In this document: positions 23,349 to 33,217 of the stretch, piece after piece | How the letters are laid out: every line of letters begins with the position of its first letter | How positions within the stretch are numbered: the stretch's first letter is position 1 | Source of the DNA: a virus | Virus record (IMG/VR): IMGVR_UViG_3300028393_001967 | Strand: one strand, 5' to 3' | DNA: 64,000 nt | The notes under the pieces: model-generated | Told to the model about the DNA's origin: nothing | Databases searched by the model: none | Seen by the model: only the letters and a program-made list of their open reading frames with translations | Translations under genes and position numbers: made by a program

Positions 23349-24368
23349 ATGACTCGTAAAATGGCAACTATCCGTAAGATTGATGCACTGCGTCCTATTG
23401 AAGGCGCTGATGCAATTGAATGCGCTATCGTAGGTGGATGGACCTGCGTGGTAAAGAAGGGTGAATACACTGCTGGTGATCTGGCTGTGTACTGCGAAAT
23501 TGATTCTTGGATTCCACATAACATTGCACCATTTCTATCAAAAGGAAACTTTCCACGTGTTTTCAATGAAGTCAAGGGTGAACGTCTGCGTACTGTAAAG
23601 TTGCGTGGTCAACTGTCACAGGGCCTTCTATTGGACCGATACACTGTTCTAGACAAGGTTGGTGAGATTTACGAAGGTATGGATGTTTCTGAACTGCTTG
23701 GCATCACCAAGTATGAAGCACCCATCCCCGCAGAACTTGCAGGTGAAGTCAAAGGTATGTTCCCTTCAGTGATTCCGAAGACTGACCAAGAGCGTATTCA
23801 AAACTTGTCAGCAGAGTTGGCGGAGTGGAAGACTGAAAATCTATCTTGGGAAATTACAGAGAAACTCGATGGGTCTTCAATGACTGTTTATGTTATTGAT
23901 GGTGAAGTTGGTGTTTGCTCACGCAACCTTGACCTCAAGCGTAATGTTGATAATTCATTGTGGCGTGCCGCTATCCGGCACGACTTAGAAGAAAAGTTGA
24001 AGATTGCAGGTGGTAACATTGCAGTCCAAGGTGAACTGATTGGAAACGGCATTCAAGGTAACAAGTACCAAATGCGTGATCAAGACTTTTATGTTTACGA
24101 CATTTATGACATTGATGCAGGTCGTTACTACACTCCTGCTGAACGAGTGGCGTTTGTAACTGAACACAAGTTGAATCACTGCCCTATTTTGATCTCTAAT
24201 GATCGTTTGGGCGGCGGCGAAACTATTGAAAATCTGTTGAAGTACGCTGAAGGTAATTCAGAATTGAATCCCAAGCAAGAGCGTGAAGGACTGGTGTTCA
24301 AGTGTAACGAAAAGTCTGTGAGCTTCAAGGCAATTTCTAACAAATTTTTATTAAAGAGTGGTGAATAA
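23349..24368 (+). CDS. ATP-dependent RNA ligase, DRB0094-type
   Basis: RKMATIRKI..ADAIE, TEKLDGSS, QGELIG, REGLVFK, SFKAIS. Confidence 0.9.
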   Translation: MTRKMATIRKIDALRPIEGADAIECAIVGGWTCVVKKGEYTAGDLAVYCEIDSWIPHNIAPFLSKGNFPRVFNEVKGERLRTVKLRGQLSQGLLLDRYTVLDKVGEIYEGMDVSELLGITKYEAPIPAELAGEVKGMFPSVIPKTDQERIQNLSAELAEWKTENLSWEITEKLDGSSMTVYVIDGEVGVCSRNLDLKRNVDNSLWRAAIRHDLEEKLKIAGGNIAVQGELIGNGIQGNKYQMRDQDFYVYDIYDIDAGRYYTPAERVAFVTEHKLNHCPILISNDRLGGGETIENLLKYAEGNSELNPKQEREGLVFKCNEKSVSFKAISNKFLLKSGE

Positions 24369-24913
24369 TGAATACTTGGGTAACAAGTGATTTACATTTT
24401 GGACATAAGAACATTATGTCCTTTTGTCCTGTATCGCGGGCAAGGTTTCGTAATGACGTAGACTATATGAACGAGCAAATGGTCAAGGAATGGAACGACC
24501 TGATTGCTCCTGAAGATACAGTGTACATATTGGGTGATGTGGCATTCTTGCCTGCTCAAAAGGCAGCAGAATTTATGAACCGCTGTAACGGCACTAAGAT
24601 CTTAGTTGAAGGTAATCACGACCGTAAGACACTGAACGATCCCACATTCCGCAAGTGTTTTAAGGAAGTACACCAATACCTGCGATTGGTCTATGATGGC
24701 ACTGTTGTATGTATGTTTCATTATCCAATTCAGGAATTTGATCAACAACATCGTGGCTCTGTTCACTTACACGGTCATCTTCATGGAGGTGTTAGTGGAA
24801 TCGAGCACTACAGAGTCCTTGATGTAGGTATGGATGCAACTGGTATGATTGCGATCTCGATGGATGATGCTGTTGCACAGGCCCTAAAAGGCCAAATCAA
24901 AGGGCATCACTAA
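24368..24913 (+). CDS. calcineurin-like metallophosphoesterase
   Basis: SDLHFGH, LGD, GNHD, HGHLH. Confidence 0.9.
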   Translation: MNTWVTSDLHFGHKNIMSFCPVSRARFRNDVDYMNEQMVKEWNDLIAPEDTVYILGDVAFLPAQKAAEFMNRCNGTKILVEGNHDRKTLNDPTFRKCFKEVHQYLRLVYDGTVVCMFHYPIQEFDQQHRGSVHLHGHLHGGVSGIEHYRVLDVGMDATGMIAISMDDAVAQALKGQIKGHH

Positions 24914-24914
24914 T

Positions 24915-25151
24915 ATGATCACTGATATGATCGACCGTGAGATCAAGGTAGATGACTTTGTTGTATTTTACAGCAACATCTACCGTGTCAAAAGTTTGGG
25001 AAAAGAGTATCCCGCCAATTCCGGACGAGGTCGAATTAAGATAAAGATTTGGAATGGCGGTGCTACCAGTCGCCCAGTTGAAAAACATTCCAAAGATGTA
25101 GCTCTTTTGGACCAAAATCAAGTATTGGTTTGGATGCTAAAACAAGGTTGA
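24915..25151 (+). CDS. hypothetical protein
   Basis: Operonic ORF. Confidence 0.6.
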   Translation: MITDMIDREIKVDDFVVFYSNIYRVKSLGKEYPANSGRGRIKIKIWNGGATSRPVEKHSKDVALLDQNQVLVWMLKQG

Positions 25152-25209
25152 CACTCCATTAAAACTCTGCTATAATACACTCATAGCAAGTAACTAATTG
25201 GAGTAGTAT

Positions 25210-25407
25210 ATGATGATTGTAGCAAAATTCAAAGATAAGATTGTACAAATTGTCAAGGTACAAGAATCAGTTATGTTCTCCGAGGACAAGGGCTGGATCT
25301 TTATCTGCTTTGACTTTGACAAGATCAACCGTCGTCGTGAACAATTTAAATGGGTCAAGGCCAGCAAAACTCGTTTTGAGTGGGTTCGCGAATTTGTAGG
25401 AGAATAA
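25210..25407 (+). CDS. hypothetical protein
   Basis: Follows TTGACA-17-TATAAT (25148-25176); GGAG RBS. Confidence 0.65.
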   Translation: MMIVAKFKDKIVQIVKVQESVMFSEDKGWIFICFDFDKINRRREQFKWVKASKTRFEWVREFVGE

Positions 25408-25408
25408 T

Positions 25409-25696
25409 ATGCGTGGAAAATACAGCCCAACCGTAAACCGTGCGTACATGAATGATCAGGAATGGTGGACAAAATATTCAGGATCAGACAAACCATCTGA
25501 AGAATATGTCCAGTATGATCCTGAAGGTTACGACAGTTACGGTTACAATAAAGACGATAAGGATCGTGCTGGTAACTATGAGCACGAGTATTACAAAAAC
25601 GACAGTGCTCATCCAGGATATGCAGATTACAATATCGCATACGATGACGCAGACAGTGAATGGGGTTTTGATGGCGTGAAGCCAGTAAGGATTTAA
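25409..25696 (+). CDS. hypothetical Tyr/Asp-rich protein
   Basis: AGGAG RBS; YDPEGYDSYGY motif. Confidence 0.65.
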   Translation: MRGKYSPTVNRAYMNDQEWWTKYSGSDKPSEEYVQYDPEGYDSYGYNKDDKDRAGNYEHEYYKNDSAHPGYADYNIAYDDADSEWGFDGVKPVRI

Positions 25697-25697
25697 A

Positions 25698-26609
25698 ATG
25701 AACAAAGATGAATTGAAAGAGTTTGTATTGGCTAACCCACGGTTGGTCAGTATGAAGCCTGCTGGCGATGGTATCTATGTGCTAAAGTATTCCAAGCGAG
25801 TCTTCTACGATGACTTGTGGAATGACTTTCTTGAAGAATGTCGCGGCACAATTGTGGATGCTGACTTCAATGTAGTATCACGGCCATTTACAAAGATCTA
25901 TAATTTCCGCGTAGAAGCCAATGCTCCTGTGTTGACTGATGATACTCCTGTAACTGCTTATCGTAAGGTCAACGGATTTATGGTGGCAATGACTTGGCAT
26001 AACAACGATATCCTAGTGAGCACCACTGGTTCCACTGCTAACGACTATGTTGACTATGCTAAAGAAATGATGCTGAAGCACTCCTGCTGGGCTGACTGGC
26101 AAATGGCAGTGCTGGGTGCTCGAGGTCATACTTTGATGTTTGAATGTGTGCATCCAAGCGACCCACATATCATTGTAGAAAAGACTGGGATGTATTTCTT
26201 AGGCTGGCGTGAAAATGCCTGGAACTCTCGAGTTCACGGCTTTGGTTGTGATGAGGTGTGGCGGATATTTGCTGAAGATACGTTAAAGTGTTATGCAGTA
26301 GAATCTTATCACATGACTGTGGGTGAGTTGGTAGCAGAGTCTAAAAAGGTTCGCCACGAAGGATTTGTGGCCTATACTGTGAACGGTCAAGCGTTTAAGA
26401 TCAAGAGTCCATACTACTTGACCAGCAAGTGGGTTGCTCGTAATCCTCGCACTGACAAGTTAGTGAATATGGAAGCCGACATCAAGAAAAACCTCGATGA
26501 AGAATACTATCCACTAGTTGACGCGATACGTGCTAATATAGTAGAATATACTGCAATGGATGAACAAGCACGCCTAGCCTGGGTGCGTAACTATTTGGAG
26601 ATGGTATGA
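25698..26609 (+). CDS. T4 Rnl1-like RNA ligase
   Basis: ECRG, RPFTKIYN, KVNG, FEC, HEGFV, KIKSPYY. Confidence 0.75.
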   Translation: MNKDELKEFVLANPRLVSMKPAGDGIYVLKYSKRVFYDDLWNDFLEECRGTIVDADFNVVSRPFTKIYNFRVEANAPVLTDDTPVTAYRKVNGFMVAMTWHNNDILVSTTGSTANDYVDYAKEMMLKHSCWADWQMAVLGARGHTLMFECVHPSDPHIIVEKTGMYFLGWRENAWNSRVHGFGCDEVWRIFAEDTLKCYAVESYHMTVGELVAESKKVRHEGFVAYTVNGQAFKIKSPYYLTSKWVARNPRTDKLVNMEADIKKNLDEEYYPLVDAIRANIVEYTAMDEQARLAWVRNYLEMV

Positions 26610-26920
26610 ACGAACGAATTAAAAAACTTGCTGAACAGGCAGGCGTAAGTATTTTACTAGGTGACTTGACGGATGAAGATACCGGCAAAGTAGAGCGATC
26701 TAGACTAGAAATATTCGCCGAGTTGTTGATTAGTGAATGCTGTGCGGCATTGTGGACTGAAGAATGCCGCACAAGTGATTTGGCATTTGAAGAAGTTAAA
26801 CGCAACGAGGCCAAGATTAAACAACATTTTGGAATTGATCCAGACAAGATTACAATAGAGATGTTGGACAGAACGATTGCTTGGTGTGAGCAACAACAAG
26901 CGGAGAAACGGGATGAGTGA
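26606..26920 (+). CDS. hypothetical protein, MNERI/KQHFG paralog family
   Basis: Motifs shared with 18605-18844. Confidence 0.7.
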   Translation: MNERIKKLAEQAGVSILLGDLTDEDTGKVERSRLEIFAELLISECCAALWTEECRTSDLAFEEVKRNEAKIKQHFGIDPDKITIEMLDRTIAWCEQQQAEKRDE

Positions 26921-27107
26921 AGAACCGGAACTAATTGGCTATACAGAGCGTGAACAAGTATTTGAACCCTTGTATGCTCCACCACGAGGGTATATAGTTA
27001 CACAAGCATTTATACTTTGTAAGTATTGCCGTGGTGCTATCTATCCCTGTATGGGACCAAAGTATGATGCAGTGTGTTTCGCCTGTTATGATGAGAAAAC
27101 GAAATGA
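26913..27107 (+). CDS. small Zn-finger-like protein
   Basis: CKYC..CFAC. Confidence 0.55.
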   Translation: MSEEPELIGYTEREQVFEPLYAPPRGYIVTQAFILCKYCRGAIYPCMGPKYDAVCFACYDEKTK

Positions 27108-27412
27108 TTAAGTGTGAAAAATGTGGATACAGTGATAATGGCACTGGCGACTGGGCTCACGTGTGCGGTCCAGTAAAGATAAAGACACCCGAACTTCACG
27201 AAGAATTTGATCGTTTTGAGGAACTTATGGTTAAAGATGAAAGTCATTTGCCCGTAAGTGAACAAAGTCTAGTGTTTCGTTTGAGAAAACGGGCAGAAAT
27301 TCGTAGACAAATTCCTGGCAGAAAAAGCGTAGAAGAGGGAAAATCAGATCGTATTGCTGATTTATTGGAAGAAGCAGCAGATGAAATTGAGAGACTCCTA
27401 TTGAAAAGTTAG
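27104..27412 (+). CDS. hypothetical protein
   Basis: ATGA overlap; RLRKRAEIRRQI..DLLEEAA. Confidence 0.7.
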   Translation: MIKCEKCGYSDNGTGDWAHVCGPVKIKTPELHEEFDRFEELMVKDESHLPVSEQSLVFRLRKRAEIRRQIPGRKSVEEGKSDRIADLLEEAADEIERLLLKS

Positions 27413-27479
27413 TCGCTCCATTTGACATCACAATCATTTATAGTTTATTATAATAAATACTAATGTTAAAGGGGAGACT

Positions 27480-28196
27480 ATGTTTGATTGGAGTAACCTA
27501 GAACGTGCTAAAATTATAGAAGGGCTATACAGTCTTGCACCACGCATTACTGATAAGACAATTTCGGCTTACGAATTCCACAAAACAGTTACCAACTATC
27601 TCAAAAGAACATATCCCGTTAAAACTTCTATAAGTTGGGATGAGAAAATTAAATCTCATATCACATTTGTGGGCGGCGCATATTATAGCGACTACGATGA
27701 AGAAGATAAGAAATGTATAGAAATAACATTTGTCTATCATCCCATTCACGATGATTTCAAAATAACCAAAAAACGATTTAAAGGTATTTGTGGCACCATT
27801 GCTGACACACTACTACACGAAATCATCCATATGAGACAATATCGTCGTCGTGGATTTAAATCTTTGCCCAATTATGCTAGTACAGCGGCATCTACTAAAC
27901 TGCGTGAAGAACAAGCCTATTTAGGTTGTACGGATGAGATTGATGCATATGGATTTAACATTGCTTGCGAACTTTTGGAAAAGTATAAAAGTGATCAAAG
28001 ACTTGTGATCAAACATTTAGATTTGGATTTGAGCAAATGCAGAAAAAATGGCGGCAGTTGGAAAATGTATTTGAAAGCATTTGGGCACGACCACAATCAC
28101 GAAATTATAAAAAGAGTAAAGAAAAAAGTAATACGCTATCTTCCCCGAGCAATAGAGGGAAAGCCTTTCAAGAGTCGCGACTGGATCTGTCATTGA
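27480..28196 (+). CDS. HExxH zincin-like protein
   Basis: LLHEIIHMRQ..DEIDAY; GGGGAG RBS. Confidence 0.65.
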   Translation: MFDWSNLERAKIIEGLYSLAPRITDKTISAYEFHKTVTNYLKRTYPVKTSISWDEKIKSHITFVGGAYYSDYDEEDKKCIEITFVYHPIHDDFKITKKRFKGICGTIADTLLHEIIHMRQYRRRGFKSLPNYASTAASTKLREEQAYLGCTDEIDAYGFNIACELLEKYKSDQRLVIKHLDLDLSKCRKNGGSWKMYLKAFGHDHNHEIIKRVKKKVIRYLPRAIEGKPFKSRDWICH

Positions 28197-28227
28197 CCTT
28201 TAAATAACACTATGCTATAATAGTGTT

Positions 28228-28464
28228 ATGACATTTATATCTAAACGAAGCACTATTCGAAGCCTTAAACCAGGTGACAGGAATTTCCGTATCAGTGACG
28301 GATTAATTACTGCTCCCCGAGCAGGATTTGAAATAAGTCAGCGATGTCCAGAAAATTATCGAGATATATTACAAGAATGCATTGGGCATGGTTGGATAAA
28401 ACCAGTTGCATATATTACAGAACGTGAATTGCTGTTTATGGGATTGAGTAAAGATGATGTTTAA
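28228..28464 (+). CDS. hypothetical protein
   Basis: Follows TTGACC-17-TATAAT. Confidence 0.65.
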   Translation: MTFISKRSTIRSLKPGDRNFRISDGLITAPRAGFEISQRCPENYRDILQECIGHGWIKPVAYITERELLFMGLSKDDV

Positions 28465-28515
28465 TTGCTTGACAAAACCTAAATAATACTATATTATAAA
28501 CTATAGGAATAATAT

Positions 28516-29235
28516 ATGACCCAGCTCTATTATAGAAAAGAAGACGGAAGACCTCTTGCCCAGGTTATCCGAGAAAGAATGAAACGTGATAATAAACGTT
28601 TCTGGGCAGGTGATAACATTAGTGAATATGTTAGCGATGTTGAAAAAGATGAACTGATCAAAGAAGCGACAGTAGCATTTGAACAAGTATTAGATACATT
28701 GTTAATTGATCGAGAAAACGATCCTAACTCGCGTGGTACTGCGAAGCGTCTTGCTAAAATGTACTATAACGAAATAATGGCAGGACGATATGAATCAGGA
28801 CCAGATTGTACAGCATTTCCTAACGACAGCGAAGATCGCTATGAAGGTATGTTGGTGGTTAGGAGTGAGCTTCGTAGTATGTGCAGTCACCATCATCAGC
28901 CTGTTACTGGTGTGGCCTACATCGGAATACTCGCCGCCCAGAAACTCATTGGATTGTCCAAATACACAAGAATCGCCCAATGGTGTGCCCGAAGAGGCAC
29001 CCTCCAAGAAGAACTATGTAATGACATTGCTAAAGAAATCTCACAAGCAACTGACAGTGAAGACGTAGCAGTCTACATACAGGCTACTCATGGCTGCTGT
29101 GAGAATAGAGGAATTATGGCACATTCTAGTTTAACACAGACAACAGTGCTCAAAGGTGCATTTAAAAATGACCAAGGCACTAAAAAAGAGTTTTTTGATA
29201 ATATCAAACTACAACAAGAGTTTGCACCACGATAA
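28516..29235 (+). CDS. folE: GTP cyclohydrolase I
   Basis: SMCSHHHQP, IGLSKYTRI, LQEE, HGCCENRG. Confidence 0.95.
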   Translation: MTQLYYRKEDGRPLAQVIRERMKRDNKRFWAGDNISEYVSDVEKDELIKEATVAFEQVLDTLLIDRENDPNSRGTAKRLAKMYYNEIMAGRYESGPDCTAFPNDSEDRYEGMLVVRSELRSMCSHHHQPVTGVAYIGILAAQKLIGLSKYTRIAQWCARRGTLQEELCNDIAKEISQATDSEDVAVYIQATHGCCENRGIMAHSSLTQTTVLKGAFKNDQGTKKEFFDNIKLQQEFAPR

Positions 29236-29250
29236 CACAAGGAAATTAAA

Positions 29251-29445
29251 ATGGCAAAACAACTAGGTAAACTAACTAAGGTAAATGAATCATTTACTGT
29301 CAATCGTTACGACAATGGCTTTATGATTGAAGTCGGCGGCCGCGATAGTGAAAATGATTGGAAGAACTGTAAAGTCCTTTGCAGTACTGAGGAAGAACTA
29401 TTTGCAGTGATTAAAGAAGCACTTGCAATGGATTTGGACAATTAA
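29251..29445 (+). CDS. hypothetical protein
   Basis: AAGGA RBS. Confidence 0.65.
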   Translation: MAKQLGKLTKVNESFTVNRYDNGFMIEVGGRDSENDWKNCKVLCSTEEELFAVIKEALAMDLDN

Positions 29446-29455
29446 AAGGTAAAAC

Positions 29456-30178
29456 ATGAAAAAAACAAAACTTAATATTCCCCAACGGCCGTCGATGGTT
29501 CCAAAAACCACCTCACCGTTGACGCCTATGACTGCAAAACAACCAGGAGGTAAACCGCCAAGTGTTATGATTGCAGTTCCAGCAATGGAAATGGTCAATG
29601 CTGAATTTGCGCAACATCTAGCAATGGCCGCAGCCAATATGGTTGCTAATGGTATTAAAATCAATTGTGCATTTAACATTGGCTCAGTTATTACCATTGC
29701 CCGTCGTAACTTAGTTGATATCTTTTTAAAGAGTGACTTTGACCATATTTTCTGGGTAGACAGTGATATGAAATTCCCCATTGATGCGCCTATGCGTTTG
29801 TTGGCTCGTAACAAGCCAATCGTTGGTGCTAACTATCGTCGTCGTCGTTTCCCCAATCCTAACTTTACAGGTATGATGGGATCAAGTGGTCAGTTCACAG
29901 AATTTCAAACAACTGACAACAGTCCTGCAATGGAACTGATTGATGTATTACCCCACGGACTAGTAATGTGCAAACGTGAAGTTTACGAAAAGATTCCTCA
30001 ACCGCATTATCTACAAGAATATGTGCCAGCACTTAATCTTGAAATTGGTGAGGACATATTCTTCTGCCAACAGGCACAAAAGGCAGGATATGAAATTTGG
30101 TGCGATCAAGAGCTGAGCAGAGAAGTAGCACACATTGGTATTTTCCACTTTAACTACAATTTATCAGTTCCAAAATAA
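29456..30178 (+). CDS. GT-A fold glycosyltransferase-like protein
   Basis: ARRNLV, WVDSDM (DxD), GEDIFFC, HIG. Confidence 0.75.
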   Translation: MKKTKLNIPQRPSMVPKTTSPLTPMTAKQPGGKPPSVMIAVPAMEMVNAEFAQHLAMAAANMVANGIKINCAFNIGSVITIARRNLVDIFLKSDFDHIFWVDSDMKFPIDAPMRLLARNKPIVGANYRRRRFPNPNFTGMMGSSGQFTEFQTTDNSPAMELIDVLPHGLVMCKREVYEKIPQPHYLQEYVPALNLEIGEDIFFCQQAQKAGYEIWCDQELSREVAHIGIFHFNYNLSVPK

Positions 30179-30194
30179 ACGAAAGGGACACATA

Positions 30195-30368
30195 ATGTTG
30201 TTCGAAAGCATAGAGATTCGTAAAGTGAAGAATGGCGTAATCGTCACTCTTCGAACTGACGAGGACGAAGATCAAGAATATGTCTATGACCGAGATAGCA
30301 AAGCTATCAAATTTGTCAAAGACCTTCTTGAAAACAAAGGTAAGGTCTCTGTATCAGAGGCCGATTAA
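30195..30368 (+). CDS. hypothetical protein
   Basis: AAGGGA RBS before ATG 30195. Confidence 0.6.
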   Translation: MLFESIEIRKVKNGVIVTLRTDEDEDQEYVYDRDSKAIKFVKDLLENKGKVSVSEAD

Positions 30369-30371
30369 AAT

Positions 30372-30824
30372 ATGACAGTTAAAAAATCCTACAAAGTGGG
30401 CGATAACGTTTGGATATACGGTATCAATAGAAGCAATTTAAAACCTAGTAAAGGCCGCGTAATCAAAGTCGTGGATTTAACTGATGCTGGTTATACAGTT
30501 GGCAATCACTATGTTATCGAAATTCCCTCGCATATCGAACCTCTATTGGAAATTAGAACTTGGCATAATATTAGTCAAGATGAACTTGGTCCAGTTGGCT
30601 CTTTGAGAAATATTGGCAGCATTGAGTCCACTATCAAATTTGCTAGTACTGTGGGTTTTGTATTTGATGACGATCCCGTACTTGACACAGATGCGGAAGA
30701 CGATGGAATTAGTGACGATGACATTCACGCCGCTCTTGAAAAATCAAAACAAAGTACTGAACACACTCCGTTGGTAATGGATAAACCCAAGCGCAGACAT
30801 TATCCACGGAAGAAGAAACTTTGA
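30372..30824 (+). CDS. hypothetical protein
   Basis: Operonic ORF. Confidence 0.7.
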   Translation: MTVKKSYKVGDNVWIYGINRSNLKPSKGRVIKVVDLTDAGYTVGNHYVIEIPSHIEPLLEIRTWHNISQDELGPVGSLRNIGSIESTIKFASTVGFVFDDDPVLDTDAEDDGISDDDIHAALEKSKQSTEHTPLVMDKPKRRHYPRKKKL

Positions 30825-31117
30825 TTGCAGCCTTTGACGATTTAGATAAAGTAGTTCGAAGTTGGACATACAGGGAATCGGTGATTAAACCTACACTACA
30901 CCAACGTGCCACGGGTTATCGTTTACAATTTGTAGAAGAGTCCGATGATGATACCACTTGGACTACTACTAAACTTAATGACATAGTTGAGTGGGCTGCT
31001 GAAAAATTAAAGAGTTGGCCTGATGTTAATCGAATGAGTTTTGATATATGGGATTTTAAACATAGTAAAGATGCTGAAAAGTTTATAACATTGTTTCATT
31101 TGTCATGGGATCAGTAA
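30821..31117 (+). CDS. hypothetical protein
   Basis: Operonic ORF, TTG start. Confidence 0.6.
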   Translation: MIAAFDDLDKVVRSWTYRESVIKPTLHQRATGYRLQFVEESDDDTTWTTTKLNDIVEWAAEKLKSWPDVNRMSFDIWDFKHSKDAEKFITLFHLSWDQ

Positions 31118-31401
31118 GGTATACAGTTGATGACAACCATAATGTGAAAGAAATTCATAAAGTTGTCGTCCATCGTTTTCGATTAAGTGATGTAGAAGAT
31201 CCAGATCTGTATGCTGCCGAACCTTTGCACAAATGGGAAAAGAGTGAACAGGGTCAGTTTGTCATGCAACACGCTATTGATAAACCCGAATGGCATAGGA
31301 ACGTGGATCATTTGACATACGGTTATCAGTATGCTATTGTAGCAGAATTAGAAAAGAAAAAGTTAAGTGAGTTTTATCTAAAATGGGGACAAGTTAAATG
31401 A
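31105..31401 (+). CDS. hypothetical protein
   Basis: DVEDPDLYAAEP; operonic. Confidence 0.7.
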   Translation: MGSVRYTVDDNHNVKEIHKVVVHRFRLSDVEDPDLYAAEPLHKWEKSEQGQFVMQHAIDKPEWHRNVDHLTYGYQYAIVAELEKKKLSEFYLKWGQVK

Positions 31402-32366
31402 AAGTTTTATTTCATAACAACCAACTTGATACTCGTGGCACCACAGTAGCAACTGTTGCATACGCTCGATATAATCAAGAAATATTAGGAAATGAAAGTA
31501 TTATTTGTTATGATGCTACACAACGTCCTGATGGATATTTAGGAACTGATCTCGGTGTTCGTGAGCGATTAGAATCAGAGTTCCAAATTATTGGACATCA
31601 GGGTGTTGAAGATTTGCAACGTATAATTGAAAAAGAAGCAGTTGATTTTTCTTATTTTTTAAGAAGTGGAAACATTGAGTTTTTGCCTAATAATTGTAAA
31701 ACTGGAGTACACTCTGTATTTCAAAATTACGAACCGCACGGAGACAAATATGCGTATGTATCCGAATGGTTGGCCAAAACCATGACACAACGGTCAGGCG
31801 TTGCATCACTGCCTTGGGTACCGCATATTGTAGACTTGCCAGAACCAAACGACAACTATCGTGAACAATTAGGTATTAGACCTGACCAATTTATTTTTGG
31901 AAGGCATGGCGGAAAAAATACTTTTGATTTACCATTTGTTAAAAAAGCCATTGCTGATCTAGTAAATGCTACTGATAAGTTTGTATTTTTATTTGTTGGA
32001 ACTGAACCTTGGATTGACCATCCTAATGTTAGATTCTTTAATGAGATTCAAGATTTACAAGATAAAGCTAATGTAATCGATACTTGGGATGCAATGATAC
32101 ACGCTCGAATAGATGGCGAAAGTTTTGGTCTTTCTGTTGTTGAAGCACTGAGTCTTAATAAACCTGTGTTGTCTTGGGAAGGCGGAAATGATTTGCATCA
32201 TACAAAAGTTTTAGAAAATTCAGGACTACTGTATAATGAAAACACAATACTTAATAAACTAACTCGTATTGAAGAACTAGCTAAATCAGAGGATTGGACT
32301 AAACGGGTAGAACAATTCAAACCCGAGATAGTTATGCAGCAATTTAACAATGTCTTTTTAAAATAA
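31398..32366 (+). CDS. GT-B (GT4-like) glycosyltransferase
   Basis: RGTTVA, GRHGG, GESFGLSVVEA. Confidence 0.8.
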   Translation: MKVLFHNNQLDTRGTTVATVAYARYNQEILGNESIICYDATQRPDGYLGTDLGVRERLESEFQIIGHQGVEDLQRIIEKEAVDFSYFLRSGNIEFLPNNCKTGVHSVFQNYEPHGDKYAYVSEWLAKTMTQRSGVASLPWVPHIVDLPEPNDNYREQLGIRPDQFIFGRHGGKNTFDLPFVKKAIADLVNATDKFVFLFVGTEPWIDHPNVRFFNEIQDLQDKANVIDTWDAMIHARIDGESFGLSVVEALSLNKPVLSWEGGNDLHHTKVLENSGLLYNENTILNKLTRIEELAKSEDWTKRVEQFKPEIVMQQFNNVFLK

Positions 32367-32375
32367 AGGTGTCAA

Positions 32376-32606
32376 ATGGAAGTTGTTCGTTACGGTGACA
32401 AGTGTGTAGTCAAGCAGGATAACAGCAGTAAGTCAGTGGAGGCTGAAGTGCTGGAATTCAAAGAAAAGAAAAACTTAATAGTTGTCTTGAACAAATCAGT
32501 TAAATTGAATATGATTTGGAATGGTAAACTATACGAAGGAAAAATGGCCGGTATTGATTTCAATACCACAGGACCAACAATTAGTAGATCAACAACAGGA
32601 AGATAA
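32376..32606 (+). CDS. hypothetical protein
   Basis: AAGGTG RBS. Confidence 0.65.
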   Translation: MEVVRYGDKCVVKQDNSSKSVEAEVLEFKEKKNLIVVLNKSVKLNMIWNGKLYEGKMAGIDFNTTGPTISRSTTGR

Positions 32607-32608
32607 AA

Positions 32609-32794
32609 ATGGAAACACAATTAAAAGTGGGCGACAAGGTAGAAAAAGTTAGCGGATACAAATGGCCAGGTGTTGTTGTATCAGTGTTTGATACATTATC
32701 AAACGAACGCAGAGTAGTAGTCGAATGTACTGTTGCTGAAATTGCAGGTGCATTGCACATCTATAACGAAAAACAATTAAAGGTAGTAGAGTAA
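32609..32794 (+). CDS. DfrB/R67 DHFR-like SH3-fold protein
   Basis: GDKVEKVSGYKWPGVVV..VVEC..GALHIY versus R67 GDRVRKKSGAAWQGQIV..AVES..GSVQIY. Confidence 0.55.
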   Translation: METQLKVGDKVEKVSGYKWPGVVVSVFDTLSNERRVVVECTVAEIAGALHIYNEKQLKVVE

Positions 32795-32795
32795 T

Positions 32796-33161
32796 ATGAA
32801 TCCGTTTAGAGATCAAGAAAAGTTTATGCGGGCTTGCGACCAAACAGTAGACGGTCCTCCAGGATCGCAGTTTGATATGTACTGTGCTCTTATTGAAGAA
32901 GAACATAAAGAACTGAAGCAAGCATTGGCAGACAACGATGATATTGAAGTATTAGACGCACTCATCGACATTTTGGTTGTTACTATTGGAGCAATACATA
33001 GTGCAGGCTTTGATGCTGAAGGTGCTTGGAAAGAAGTAATGCGTACTAACTTTGACAAGATTGATAAAGAAACTGGCAAAGTTCGTAAACGGGAAGATGG
33101 GAAGGTTTTGAAACCTCTTGGTTGGCAACCGCCTGAACTATCGCAATTCCTTAAAAAGTAA
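32796..33161 (+). CDS. MazG-like/all-alpha NTP pyrophosphohydrolase
   Basis: LIEEEHKEL, DALIDILVV, REDGKVLKP. Confidence 0.85.
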   Translation: MNPFRDQEKFMRACDQTVDGPPGSQFDMYCALIEEEHKELKQALADNDDIEVLDALIDILVVTIGAIHSAGFDAEGAWKEVMRTNFDKIDKETGKVRKREDGKVLKPLGWQPPELSQFLKK

Positions 33162-33217
33162 TTGACACACAATCCTGTTTAGCGTACAATTAAATACATA
33201 AACAGGATTTTTACATT

